64,000 bases of DNA from Octopus sinensis (lineage: Eukaryota). The stretch is taken from positions 69,502,001 through 69,566,000 of the forward strand of contig NC_043008.1 of the NCBI RefSeq assembly GCF_006345805.1, in the 5' to 3' direction. Both the position numbers and the translations under genes were made by a program. This document shows positions 23,871-37,396 of this stretch, piece by piece; position 1 is the first letter of the stretch; every line of letters begins with the position of its first letter. The notes under the pieces are model-generated. The model ran no database searches. It was not told the origin of the DNA and worked only from the letters and a program-made list of their open reading frames with translations.

Positions 23871-25074
23871 ATATGTATGTAAAAAGAGGATGATGACAAT
23901 GATGATAACAGTGATGATGGAAATGGTGATTATGACAATGATGATGATGAGGATGTTAGTGAGGACAGTAATGACTGCTGTAATTTTGAATTTACAAATG
24001 AGTGTGAAAAAGTATACCTTCAACAATACATAGCCTTGAACAAATGCATAACCTCTACTCTGTGTACTCAGTGCTCAGTACTTAGTACACAAACTAGAAC
24101 TTGTATATTTATTCAAGGCTGTGGCTTCTCTTTCTAACTTTATATGGATTCACACATTTCTGCTTTTTTGAGCAGAAAAATGTGTATCTCTGAGTAGTGA
24201 AAGGAGGTAAACTCGCCCTATGTCTTTTTATTGATATGTCTATCTATCTAGCTGTCAGTCTCTCTGTGAATCTTCTCTCTCTTTCTTTCTCTATTTATCT
24301 ATCTATCTGTCTGTCTAACAACATGCCTATCTGTCTATCTGTATGTCTTTCTCACCAGGCATCTGCTTATCTTTCTCTCTCTCTATTTTTCTATCCATCT
24401 ACATACCCAAATATAATAAATCTATCTGTGTGCACTTTTGTCCTTTGTGTATCTCACTGTCCAGCTATTCATCCACCCACCCACCTACCCACCCATCCAT
24501 CCATCCATCCACCTTTCACCTTTTTATCTAACCTCACTGTCCATCTGTCTACCTATATACAATGAGGATGACCCAAATGAAACTTCAAAATCGCTGCCAA
24601 TATTTTTCCTTGTAAAAGTTTAATAAATATGTCCTCTAATAAAAGTATTGAGCAGTCCTTCAGTTTAATATTAAATCATTTTCTTATATATATATTACTC
24701 GACATAAAATCAAACTCATATTTAATGTCTATCTCTCTGTATCTGTCTGTCGAAAGAAACAAGGTAAGTACCAGGTTTAAATGAATAAGTACTGGGGGCA
24801 ATTTATTCAACAATAAAAACCCTTCAGGCAGAGCTCCAGCATAGCTGCAGTCCAATGACTAAAACAAGCAAAAGATATCACATACATACATACATACATA
24901 CATCACATACACACACACACACACATACATACATACATACATACATACATACATACATACATACATACAACATATACATATATATATATTGTCAGTAAAT
25001 CAGGAATCCAAAAGAGAAGCACACTAAATTATAGGGCAGTCAAGTATTTAGATGAAATCAGTTATGGCTGGTTC

Positions 25075-25138
25075 TTAGGGTTACTCAGAGTTTTGCGTCT
25101 ATAAAGCACTTGGCTTTACATATCTTGTCAGACCCTAA
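25075..25138 (-). ncRNA. Decayed type I hammerhead ribozyme with a long stem II
   Basis: Minus strand: TTAGGGT-CTGACAA-[GATATGTAAAGC CAAGT GCTTTATAGACGC]-AAAA-CTCTGAG-TA-ACCCTAA; perfect 7-bp stem I and intact GUA; both core mismatches fit CpG transitions. Confidence 0.68.
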
Positions 25139-25191
25139 TAGCCAGTGGCCTATAACTGGCCATAACTATGTTTATCTAAACATATATATAT

Positions 25192-25223
<32 letters not shown>

Positions 25224-25277
25224 TAGATAGACAGATAGATACTATATTATGAATATATATAATATATATATATATAT

Positions 25278-25311
<34 letters not shown>

Positions 25312-25419
25312 CTATATATATATATATTGTATATATATATAATACATATATATATATACAATCATATATAATATATATATATATAATATATATATATGTA
25401 TATATATATACATACATAC

Positions 25420-25452
<33 letters not shown>

Positions 25453-25465
25453 ATATAATACATAC

Positions 25466-25500
<35 letters not shown>

Positions 25501-25507
25501 CATACAT

Positions 25508-25561
<54 letters not shown>

Positions 25562-26062
25562 TACATACATTATATATATATATGTATATATAAATAATAC
25601 ATATATATATTATATATATATATATTATAGTGAGTGTTTTTAATTGATGACACCTCCTAAGTATAACATATCTATATCTATCTATCTATCTCTCTCTCTC
25701 TCTCTATATATATATATTATATATGATATCAATATCTAATCATGTGCGTGGATGTGTGTAAACATATTCTCTCACATACTTCCCCTCCCCCCACCAGACA
25801 GTTACTTTATGTCCAATATTGGATAAATGCTATGTTTTCACCAATCAATTTGCCATTGATATTTTTTTCCTTGCGGTGTCTTTAATCAATTAATTAGAAA
25901 GAGATGTTAAAAATAATTGGTAATCCATTAATTTTTATATGTTACATATTTAACAAAAGAGATATTGCTGTGTGAACAGTTTCCAAAATGTCAGCATTTT
26001 GTTCTTTTTATTTATTCATATTTTATTTTTACAATATAAATCATTTTTTGTGGTTTTAATTC

Positions 26063-26720
26063 ATGGTGGTGGTGGTGGTTGTAGTGGTGGTGGTGGTGGA
26101 TCTGGTCATTGTGGGTAGGGTGGTAGTGATGGTGGTGGTGATGATAATGGCAATAGCAGTGGTGGTAGTGGTGGTGGTGGTGGTGGTGATAGTGGTAGCA
26201 GTTGTAGTGGTGGTGGTGGTGGGAGAGATAATCGTTGATAGTGCTGGAGGTGGTGATGGTGTTGATGAAGGTTGTGGTAGTGATAGTGGTTGTGGTGGTG
26301 GTGGTGGTGGTCATGATTATGGGGATTATGGTAGAAGTGGTGGTGAGAATGATGGTGCTGGTGTTGGTGATGGAATTTATAGCTTTGGTTATGCTGGTGG
26401 TGGTGATGGTGGTGGTAATAATGGTTGTGATGGTGACCATGGTAGTGGTGGTGGTTGTAGTGATGATGGTGGTGAAGGCTGTAGTGGTGGTGGCTATTGT
26501 GAAGTAATAATAGATACTGGTGAAGCTGTTAGTGGTGTTGGTGGTGGTAGTGGTGGTGGTGGATGGTTCATGTGAGGACAATGGGTTATGATTGTTATGA
26601 TGGTTGTTGTTGTAGTGGCAGTAGTAGTGGTGTTGGCTGTGGTTGTTGTAGTGCAATGGTTGTGGTAGTGGTGGTAGTTGTGATTGTCTAACGATGTTGG
26701 TAGTGGCGGCAATGATGATG
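26063..26720. repeat. Degenerate (GGT)n/(GAT)n trinucleotide tract
   Basis: Direct reading; explains the poly-V/G/T/H ORFs. Confidence 0.9.
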
Positions 26721-27379
26721 AAGGCAGAAAGAACTTTACTTTATAAAATTAATTTTTGCATCACATTTTCATTAATTTTTACCTGTTTTTTTCTTAGTAA
26801 AGATTTCTTCGTTCTTAAAGTTTAAATAATTTCATGTCAAATATTTCAAATTTAATTTTAAAATGTCAAGTAAGTCCTAATTTAAAAAAAAAATTTTATT
26901 GGTTGTTGTTCTTTTATTGTATTTTTTTTCTTACTATCATATTTTTTTGCTTCTTATTTTTCTCCTGGTTAGATTTTTTCAGTCATATATTAAGTTGGTT
27001 TATGAAAATTAAACAATTAAAATCAAAAAGCTATTGCAAATTTTATATATTTTCTTTTGGCAGTTTTCCATTTTATCTTGCTTCTCATCATCATCACCAT
27101 CATTATCCTCATCATCATTGTCATCATCATCACCATTGTCATTATCATCATTGCTGTTATCATCGTTATTTTTACTACAAATAATTATTATTAATATTGT
27201 TGTTGTTGTTATTTTGTTATAGTTATTATCATCATTATTATTATTGTCAATGTTTGCATTATCTATTACAATTATTTCTATTATTACCATTATTGTTGTT
27301 GATGCTATCATCATTGTTATTATCATAATTCTCATTAATATTTCTATTACTATTATTATTCTTGTATTTGTTGTTGTGG

Positions 27380-27438
<59 letters not shown>

Positions 27439-27949
27439 GTTGTTGTTGTTGTTGTTGTTGTTATCGCATACGGAAGTAAACAGACATTTATGTGAAAACC
27501 TGCAGAAAAAGTAATCATTTTTAACCAAATTACCTTCCAAAAAAATATTTTCCCCACCCCCTTTGCTAGCAGAAGATTTTTTAATTGCTTAAATGTTTAA
27601 ACCATTCTCTAGAACAGAAGAAATGTTTGTCTTTACATATTTTAGGCTGTTTATGTATTTAGCAAGGAAGAGGTGTTTACCTCTGAGGGTGATAAATAAT
27701 ATAAACAAATATACTTCTAAATTATTTTCAAATTACAGAGATATCAAGATTTAAAAGACAAACAATGAAAAAAATATATACCACTAGAACTTCAAGCTTT
27801 AACCTTGTTGTTCTCTCTGGGGGTCTTACTAATGAAACACTGTTGTTTCATTAATTTGAACAATTGTAAAAACAGTTAGAACTACACCTGTTACAATAAT
27901 AGAAATGATCTACCTTTTGAAGCATTGTGGATCAAAATGAATGACACAG

Positions 27950-28790
27950 CAAGAGTCAGCTCAAGGATAAGAAGGAATGGACAAGGTATGTCACAAAAGA
28001 CAGTACCTCTTTACCTGACCAGTTTATCCCAGAAAGGGTGTGAAGAAAGAGAGACATACCTCTGATTTTTGTTAAAGCGATGGTGTTGCCATATGTCTTT
28101 GATAGAGGAACTGTAAAAATTTCTAGCTGATGTGTAATCAGGATATGCTTCATTGACTAGGACAGAACATATGAAAGAGTGAACCTAATATCCAGGAGAG
28201 TGAGTCAGACAACAAAATGGAGCTTGTGCTCCATATACTTGCCCCTTGGCTAATGTCACAATTTATGGACAGTGGAAATATTAAGCTCTTGGTGAGGTTT
28301 ATAGGCAAAGATATTATCATGGACTTCAATGCTTGGTTAATCATCACCTTTGAGCAACAGTATGAAAGTATGATAAAAGTGAAAGTGAATAACAATATGT
28401 AGTTGGGTGAAGTCTGCAGGGTCATTTCAGCTCCTGATAACCTTACTAACCACAAAACTATCACAGAGCTGTATTTCACAGAGGGACCAGATGTGATGTC
28501 AGTTACTTTAGGCTTAATAGTAAAAAACACTCACATAGGATCCAGAAATGCAAGTGACAGAGATAGCGGCAGTCCATAAATGTGAAACTCATGGCAGATA
28601 CTACCAATATTCTCAGAGCTACACCAAGTGGATCTCTGAGCACAACCAGAGTGAAAGCATATGAAGTTGTCTCACTCTCAGTATCATCAAAACAATATTT
28701 AAATACCTGCTGCAAGGCACACAGTGTAAGTCCCTGACAAGAATGGAAAACCACATCTTTACTGCTCATGGTTCAGAGCATGAACAAGAA
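27950..28790 (+). mobile_element. Heavily decayed transposon coding remnant, possibly a DIRS-type tyrosine recombinase
   Basis: Microsatellite-free block. Frame-hopping pieces CEERE, W-LVLHILAP, RVKAYEV and WKT..FTAH loosely follow DIRS YR motifs (WDL.LVL..L, VKAHEVR, W.S..TF..HY). Confidence 0.3.
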
Positions 28791-28988
28791 TTGGTATTAT
28801 TCAAAACTGAGTTGCTGCCATCATGTATGTATATACACGTGTGTGTGTGTGTGGTGTGTGTGCATGTATGTTTGTGTGTACATATGTATATGTATGCATA
28901 TGTATATATATATGCATATGTACAGATTTATATATGTGTATACACACATACATATGTACATATGTAAGATATGTATATGTGTATATAT

Positions 28989-29030
<42 letters not shown>

Positions 29031-29184
29031 CATATATATATAAGCATATATACATCATGTATATATGTATTGAGATAGAGAGAAAGATAAACATCTGTAT
29101 ATGTATGTTTGTATGCATGCATGCATGCATGCATGTGTGTATGTATGTATGTATGTATGTATATGGTGTGTGTGTGTGTGTGTA

Positions 29185-29242
<58 letters not shown>

Positions 29243-30741
29243 TAGATATGTATGTATATATGTATGTATGTTTGTATAAATTGTACTTCTAAGAAAATGC
29301 TATCAGTAACAAATAACTTCAACTATCACAAATCCTGTTAATTGTAATTAGATACTTATATAATTTAGTTTAATTACTTAGAAAATAGTTAGTTCATTAG
29401 TAAAGTATTGCAATTGAAGAATGAGACTAAACAATATTGGTTATATTCATCAAAGATTGGAAACCTACTCTCTGATCAAAAATGCTATATTTTTTTCCCT
29501 CATTCCGATTACATCGCAAGAAAGATTAAAAAACAAAGAGGCAAAACAGTGCATAAAACTACCAATGTACTGCCAAAAATATTTTGCCTGCTTTCCAGAC
29601 CAAAATAGTATTCACTTCTTTCTGAAATTAATAAAAAAAAATGTATTTTGTATTACTCTTACTTTTTTTCATACTTTATTTCTTTTTGATTCCGGACGAA
29701 GGTGGAGAAGGTTGTGAAATACATGTACTTGTTTTCTGCATTAATTTCTTCCATTATTGTAACTTATTTTCGGAAACTTTGGATTGGCGAGTTAAAACTG
29801 AAGAATTTTCTATGGCGAGATAATGAATGAAAGAGTTGCAATAATTCTATTATCACAGTATGGAAGTGTTGGCTTCTACTTTGGCAGACGTAATTATCTG
29901 GCATTCATTGAAAATGACCAAAAATTATCAGGGTTCTTATGAAACACCCCACACAATATAGTAATAAAAACGAAAATAATAACGATGATGATGTTGATGG
30001 TGATAATGATAATAATAATAATAATAACAATAACTGAAAGAGGATACAATTACAGACACAGCAAAAGTAAATAGATTGCTAGTACTACAATACTGTTGCT
30101 CAAAAATACAAAACCTTTTAAAATGCTCAAAATTGATAACAAGCAATCAATATATTTATATCTCTATCAACACACATATATATTCACATACACTCACATG
30201 TATATATATATATATATATATATTATCGATGTTATCATCATCATCATCAAACATCACCTGATATGAGTAATTGCATCATGTACACTCCATGAGTAGCATT
30301 AGACTGACGCACTAAATCCTTTTCAATGAACTTCAGCAGTAGCAGGAGGTAATGTGAGTGCCACATGGCCACATGTGATACAACGCATGAGACACCAACA
30401 GAAACAAAATACGAAGGGCACCTAAACCCAGAGAGAAACACTTCAGAAGACAGCACTTTATAGCATTTCATCATCCAGATCAGCCTAGAATATTTTTGAA
30501 GAACACAATGAAAGGAATGAAAATGATAATGACTGTGATGAAAGGCCTGCCAACACCGGGGAAAGGTGTCGATGACTATCAGATATGGTCTCTGTGGAAA
30601 ATAGCCCCTCACAAAAAACAGCTTTAATAACCGTCACAAACATTGGTATAAGTGAGAAAGCACAAATGAAGGAATAAATACTAAGAAATGAGAAATCACT
30701 ACTGCTGCTAATGACATACATACATGCATACATACATACAT

Positions 30742-30930
30742 ATGCAAATTCTTAATTCATATGCCGCAAATGATCATGATATCAGGAACTATAAAAATCT
30801 GCATGACCTTCTTAAGATTTAAAGGACGATGGTTAAAACAGGATGCTCTCCTTCACAACCTTGCTACCAAGTAGGTGGTTAGCCAAAATTTACTCTAAAT
30901 TACAAAGAGAAAGTGAAGGACATACATACA
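30742..30930 (+). mobile_element. 3' end of an RLE-type non-LTR element in (CATA)n
   Basis: Colinear with 57048-57240 (ATGCAAAT.CTTAATTCATA...CTTCACAACC.TGCTACCAAGTAG...AAAATTTACTCTAAA); CATA repeats on both sides. Confidence 0.75.
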
Positions 30931-32124
30931 TAGATATGTCTGTATGTAATGTATATAATGTATATTATGTATGTATTATCTATCTATCTATCTAGCTAGC
31001 TAGCTATCTACCTATATATCTACCTATATATATATATATATTGTGTCTGTGTGTGTGTCTGTACATGTTGTTAAAATGCAACCTGCAGCATAGTATTTTT
31101 GAAGTGCAATGTGATGGGTCATTATATACAGAGCTTATTAATGTATGTTTCTCATGGGAGTTCATGTAAGGGGATGGGGGAAGATTAAATGGTGAAATGC
31201 CTGGAGATGAGAGGGTAAATGACTATATATAAAAAAATGTATCAATGAAAAATTTGGCACCAAGTAAGCTCTTATTTGGAATAACAATCATCAAAGCATT
31301 CTGGCTTGGACAATTTGTACAGATGAATGTGTAATGCGTTTCTAATCAGTAATCAATCAGATCTTAACGATTAATCATATTTTAATACATTTATGAATAT
31401 TTTTGCTTGTATATTGTTATGGTACTTCCCTACTTCAATCGTTTGAACTATCAGTAATGTAAAATTCAGAATTACACGATTCATCTCTACCTGATGTTGT
31501 GTAAACTCAAACATTTATCAAATCACATTATACACATAAACACATACATTCATAGATATATATATAATTATTATATATACACACAAGCATGTATAGGCAC
31601 ACACACTGACCCACACACATGTGCACAAACAAATAAAAAGGAATGCAGTGTGAATAACGGACAGAGTCAAAATTATTGAAAAGGTTGCAAGATGCAATGA
31701 AAATTTCAGAAAAATAAAAAAGAAATATGAGGAAATTTTACCGGTGAGTGTGTTACATTATAAGGCACTAAAAGAGAATGACTCTCCCTTGATACAACAG
31801 AATATTATATATAGATATGATACAAAAAAATGTGAAGACAAGGTAAAGAAGACAACAAACAAGGTGTATTCATGAAAATGGGAAGAAGTCTAACATTTTG
31901 AGCATACGTTCTTCTTCAGAAAGGCTGACTGAAGTGAGAAAAGAACAAGCATCTCTCATGCTTTTGCACTGTTTCCATCTTCCAGATTCTTTTCCAAGGT
32001 ATTGGTCAGCCAATTCCATTACCCGAATAAAAAAACCAGCCTGCACATACTTATACAAACACACACACATGTACACTCATATTTACATATGTGGTTTGGT
32101 AGTTATTGTTTGATAATGTAATAG

Positions 32125-32995
32125 TTGCTAGCTATGATTCCTGTAACCAAATCTGTTCAGCCATAACCACAAATTTTTTTGTTTTTACTGAGACATAATG
32201 TATCCTGGAATACATTATCCAATGTATCCTTTCTTTTGTAACATGGTATGATATCATTTCATTTCAGCATTAGCTGATGTTTCTAACATAAAAGCATAGA
32301 TGCTTTTCCTTGAGCTCATGCTAGTTATAGTTCTGTAGTTGATGTTTAATCCCAGGTTAGATCACATCTGTCAAACCTTTGAGCAAAGCTATTCCAATCC
32401 TGACCATCACATCCTTTGTTCTAGTTCTACATTATCGGATGGTAGTGTTACTTAAAATAGATTTGGTTGCTATTTCTAGCAAACTGAATAACCACTTTCA
32501 GGCAACTTAAAGGACTCATAGTTTATATATCGACTGTTGCTATAATTCATATTGGTGACTATAATAATAGTAGACCTATGATCAAAGACATTCCACTAGT
32601 GGCCATTCCATCTTCCATTCAGAAATGGTGCTTCTAGGAATGCATTATATGATATATACACCCTTTCTTTTAAGACAGTACATTACGATTTGAGGGAGAT
32701 GTTAGCTGCTATTGTTGCAGATGACATGCAGCAGTTTTATCATAGGTTGTTGTTGTTGTGACTGTGGCTGTGGTGTTTTAGTGTTGTTGTAATTCTTCAA
32801 GTTAAGGTGCAAAACTTGTTTAAACAAACCTATGATCAAAAATATTCCATCTATGGCCATCACATCTTTTTAAGGTATTACATAACCTGTACTACATTTT
32901 TCCATTTCATTCTTCCCTTTGAATAATGAAACAGAGTGAGATCTGAGGGAAATTTAGCTGTTATTTCTAGTAGGTTGAGTGGCCATAGAAGCTTC
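32125..32995 (+). repeat. Four tandem decayed copies of an approximately 200-bp interspersed repeat
   Basis: Recurring CCTATGATCAAAG.CATTCCA...TGGCCAT...GATTTGAGGGAGAT.TTAGCTGCTATTTCTAG; fragments also near 18270, 19050, 36030 and 36600. Confidence 0.7.
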
Positions 32996-34039
32996 CTTCA
33001 TTACTTTTACTGTTGCTTTTGGTGGTCGTGGTGGTGGTGGCTGTGGTGGTGATGTTGGTGGTAATGGTACTGTTGGTGGTGGTGGTCTTGGTGTTGTCAG
33101 TGCTGTTGTATTTATACGATGTGTTTTTGTTAATTAGAACAATTTCACTAATGATTCAAGATTACCATTTATTACATTCCATTCACAGAGACTGCACACT
33201 CCCACCTCGACCACCACCACTACCACCTTCACCGTCACCAACACCGACGCTACTACCCAGCCACCCACCACTGCATCAGTCATCACCAACACCACTACAA
33301 TAACAACAACAACAAGAACAGCACCTACCTCAACCACTATTGCTATGACTGCTACCACCATCACTACAACTACAGCACTAACCATCACCACCACTAACAT
33401 TACAGCTACAACCATTACCACTACTGTCACAAAAACCACCTCTACCATAACTATAATGACAACATTACCATGACCACCACCATAACAACCCCCACCACCA
33501 TCATCACGGGCCACCAAATCTACCATTACTACCTCCTCCACAATTTCTAATGATGTAGTCTCTACTACTCTGTCACCACTACAAGAATCGTACCTACTCT
33601 ATGCTCCACACGCATACATATACACACATTCACACACACACATTCACATGCACACATTCACACATTCATACATTCACACACATACACACACATTCACATA
33701 CATACATTGACATGCACACATTCACCCCTCAGAAACACAAACACATACACACACACGCACACACACATTCATACATTCACATGCACACATTCACACACAT
33801 ATTCACACACACATTCATATGCACATAGATGCATACTTTACTCTCAAACACAAAAGAGAAAATTTCTCCCCCTCTCTCTCTCTCTTTCTCCCTTCCTTTC
33901 ACACACACAGATATACATAGGCACATACACAAGCACACAAACACACACACACACACACATACACACTCAGAAACCCCAAACACATGCATTGTTCAGTCTC
34001 TCTATTTCTTTTACCACCTTCTCCCTCTCTTTCTCTCAC

Positions 34040-34214
34040 ACACACAAACATACACAGGCACACATACACACACACAAATATACACAGGCACACACACACA
34101 CACCACACACACACAAATATACACAGGCACACATACACACACACATATACACAGGCACACATACACACACACAAATATACACAGGCACACATACACACGC
34201 ACAAATATACACAG

Positions 34215-34245
<31 letters not shown>

Positions 34246-34923
34246 TATACACAGGCACACATACACACACACATATACACAGGCACACATACACACACAC
34301 AAACATACACAGGCACACATACACACGCACAAATATACACAGGCACACACACCAACACACACAACACAAATATACACAGCACACATACACACACACATAT
34401 ACACAGGCACATACACACACACAAATATACACAGGCACACATACACACAACATATACACAGGCACACATACACACACACAATATACACAGGCACACATAC
34501 ACACACACATATACACAGGCACACATACACACACACAAACATACACAGGCACACATACACACGCACAAATATACACAGGCACACACACACACACACACAC
34601 ACAACACAAATATACACAGGCACACATACACACACACATATACACAGGCACACTACACACACACAACATACACAGGCACACATACACACGCACAAATATA
34701 CACAGGCACACACACACACACACACACACACCAATATACACAGGCACACATACACACACACAAATATACACAGGCACACACACACACAAATATATACAGG
34801 CACACATACACACACACATATACACAGGCACACGTACACACACACCAAATATACACAGGCACACACAACACACCACACACACAAATATACACAGGCACAC
34901 ATACCACGCACAAATATACACAG

Positions 34924-34954
<31 letters not shown>

Positions 34955-35287
34955 TATACACAGGCACACATACACACACACATATACACAGGCACACATA
35001 CACACACACAAACATACACAGGCACACATACACACGCACAAATATACACAGGCACACACACCAACACACACAACACAAATATACACAGCACACATACACA
35101 CACACATATACACAGGCACATACACACACACAAATATACACAGGCACACATACACACAACATATACACAGGCACACATACACACACACAATATACACAGG
35201 CACACATACACACACACATATACACAGGCACACATACACACACACAAACATACACAGGCACACATACACACGCACAAATATACACAG

Positions 35288-35318
<31 letters not shown>

Positions 35319-35600
35319 TATACACAGGCACACATACACACACACATATACACAGGCACACACACACACACACAAACATACACAGGCACACATACACACG
35401 CACAAATATACACAGGCACACACACACACACACACACACACAAATATACACAGGCACACATACACACACACAAATATACACAGGCACACACACACACAAA
35501 TATATACAGGCACACATACACACACACATATACACAGGCACACGTACACACACACAAATATACACAGGCACACACAAACACACACACACACATATATACA
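34040..35600. repeat. About 20-30-bp minisatellite (ATACACAGGCAC(AC)n) with a 709-bp higher-order duplication
   Basis: Unit marker ATACACAGGCAC; the rare variant ACCAACACACACAACACAAATATACACAGC occurs at 34351 and 35060. Confidence 0.93.
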
Positions 35601-35656
35601 CTCACAGAAAATCCAAACACATGATGCATTATTCAGTCTCTCTGTTTCTTTCAACT

Positions 35657-35688
<32 letters not shown>

Positions 35689-36065
35689 GTAAACACAGAC
35701 ACAAACATAGGCACACACATACAGATGAAGTCACATGCACATACACAAATCTCTTTCAATATGTAACATGCAAACTTGTTCAAGAGAATACCATTGTGTT
35801 GTGGAATATCAGCAGAATCATAAAGCCTTTGAGTTGTAGGTTCAATTGCAGCCTGATCCATTTAATTTTCACATACACCTTGCACCAGAAATTTCTGATC
35901 ATAAACAATGCCAATAATCTGGAAATGGATTAATGCCACTGTGCTGACTTTCCCCTCAATGTGGTACATGAAAAGGACATGAACCAAGGAGGGATGGAGG
36001 TTTTTAAATGGTCACCGATACTGCCAAAAATAACAGCTAAATTGTTCATATAATTCTTTTATTAT

Positions 36066-36314
36066 TTTACTTGTTTCAGTCATCTGACTGCAGCCATACT
36101 GGGGCAATTCCATAAAGGATTTTTAGTCAAAGAAATCAGGCCCAGGATTTATCCTTTGTAAGCCTAGTACTTATACTATTAGTTTCTTTTGCTGAACCGC
36201 TAAGTTACAGGAATGTAAACACACCAGCATTGGTTGTCAAGCAACGGCAGTGGGGCAGGGAAACAAATACACACACACATACATATGCACATACACAAAT
36301 ACATATATATATAC

Positions 36315-36354
<40 letters not shown>

Positions 36355-36535
36355 CATACATACATACATATATTATATATATATATTATATATATATATA
36401 TATATACACAACGGGATTCTTTCAGTTTCTCTCTGCCAAATCTACTTACAAGGTTTTGGTTGGTCTGAGGTACCATGCAGTGGGACTGAACCTAGAACCA
36501 TGTGGTTAGGAAGCTTCTCACCACACAGCCATGCC
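36066..36535 (-). mobile_element. SINE family A
   Basis: CpG-decayed reverse-complement copy. Further copies or fragments at 36745-36900(+), 37625-37845(+), 38015-38448(-), 40040-40312(+), 44172-44340(+), 46440-46792(-) and 61620-61872(+). Confidence 0.85.
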
Positions 36536-37361
36536 TGGAAGGATGAAGCAGAAAATGGTAGTTCTAGATATTGCTAAAATTATGGAATGGTTACTGCTGA
36601 AATGCCTTTGATGATGGATCTGTTTGATCAGATTGGACAACAGTGTGAAAGGAAAAAAACCTTCAATTCTGAACCAAACATTGCATTTTTATTGGAGAAG
36701 GATTTTTCACCAAGTGCTACCTTCATGTAAAAGTTTAAAAATTGCTATATGGTAAGAATTTTGCTTCCCAACCAGATAGTTTTGGGTTCAATTCCATTGT
36801 GCGGCTTTTTGGTCAAGTGTCTTCCACTATGATTTAGACTGCCAAAGCTTTGTGAGTGACTTTGGTAGATGGAAACTAAAAGAAGCCTGTTATGTATATA
36901 TATGTTGCTTAAAACATGAAGATTTAAATAACTCTTATAAATCCTTTAGATTAACTCTGATGAGTGAACTACAGATGATCGTTATGGTTGGAATTAACTC
37001 ACCCATACCAACCTATATCTTCTCAAAATGGCCATCAGACTTTGCAACTTTACACCTGCTCAAGATTCCTTTCAAAATCATTTTCATACCAATTTTCTCA
37101 TCAATTTGGATTACTGCTATATATTCACCATCCTCATACTTTAATATCCTCGTTGATTTTAATACAGACATACAACCTTGCAAGTACAGTTATGTATCTT
37201 TTTTTATATATTTATATATTTTTATATATCTTGAGTATATGAATGCACCTAAGTATGCTGTGGAGTATTCTGACGCTTTGAAATATATTGAGTGAATTTG
37301 AACACTGACCTTTGAAATTTGTTCTCTCTTTCTTGGTTTTATATATATATATATATATATG

Positions 37362-37396
<35 letters not shown>

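Noticed and set aside
26012-26712. Gly-rich or Thr/His-rich ORFs resembling cuticle or mucin proteins
   Set aside because: Degenerate GGT/GAT microsatellite open in several frames, with no signal peptide or splice context; the same applies to 33013-33541 and 60018-60718.
31710-31749. Possible exon ending CG/GTGAGT (also TC/GTAAGT near 43472)
   Set aside because: Weak or absent acceptor; the 31710 candidate is 34 nt (not a multiple of three) and neither gives a recognisable peptide.
34040-35600. CRISPR-like repeat-spacer periodicity
   Set aside because: The spacers are just (CA)n variants, there are no cas genes, and the context is eukaryotic.
33707-35766. ORFs of 500-660 aa in several frames
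   Set aside because: Translations of the CA-rich minisatellite; open on both strands because the repeat lacks stop codons.
36955-37010. CTGATGA-GTGA...TCAC hammerhead start (similar partial motifs at 29690 and 49412)
   Set aside because: Each lacks a required part (GAAA, stem II or stem I); too incomplete to call.
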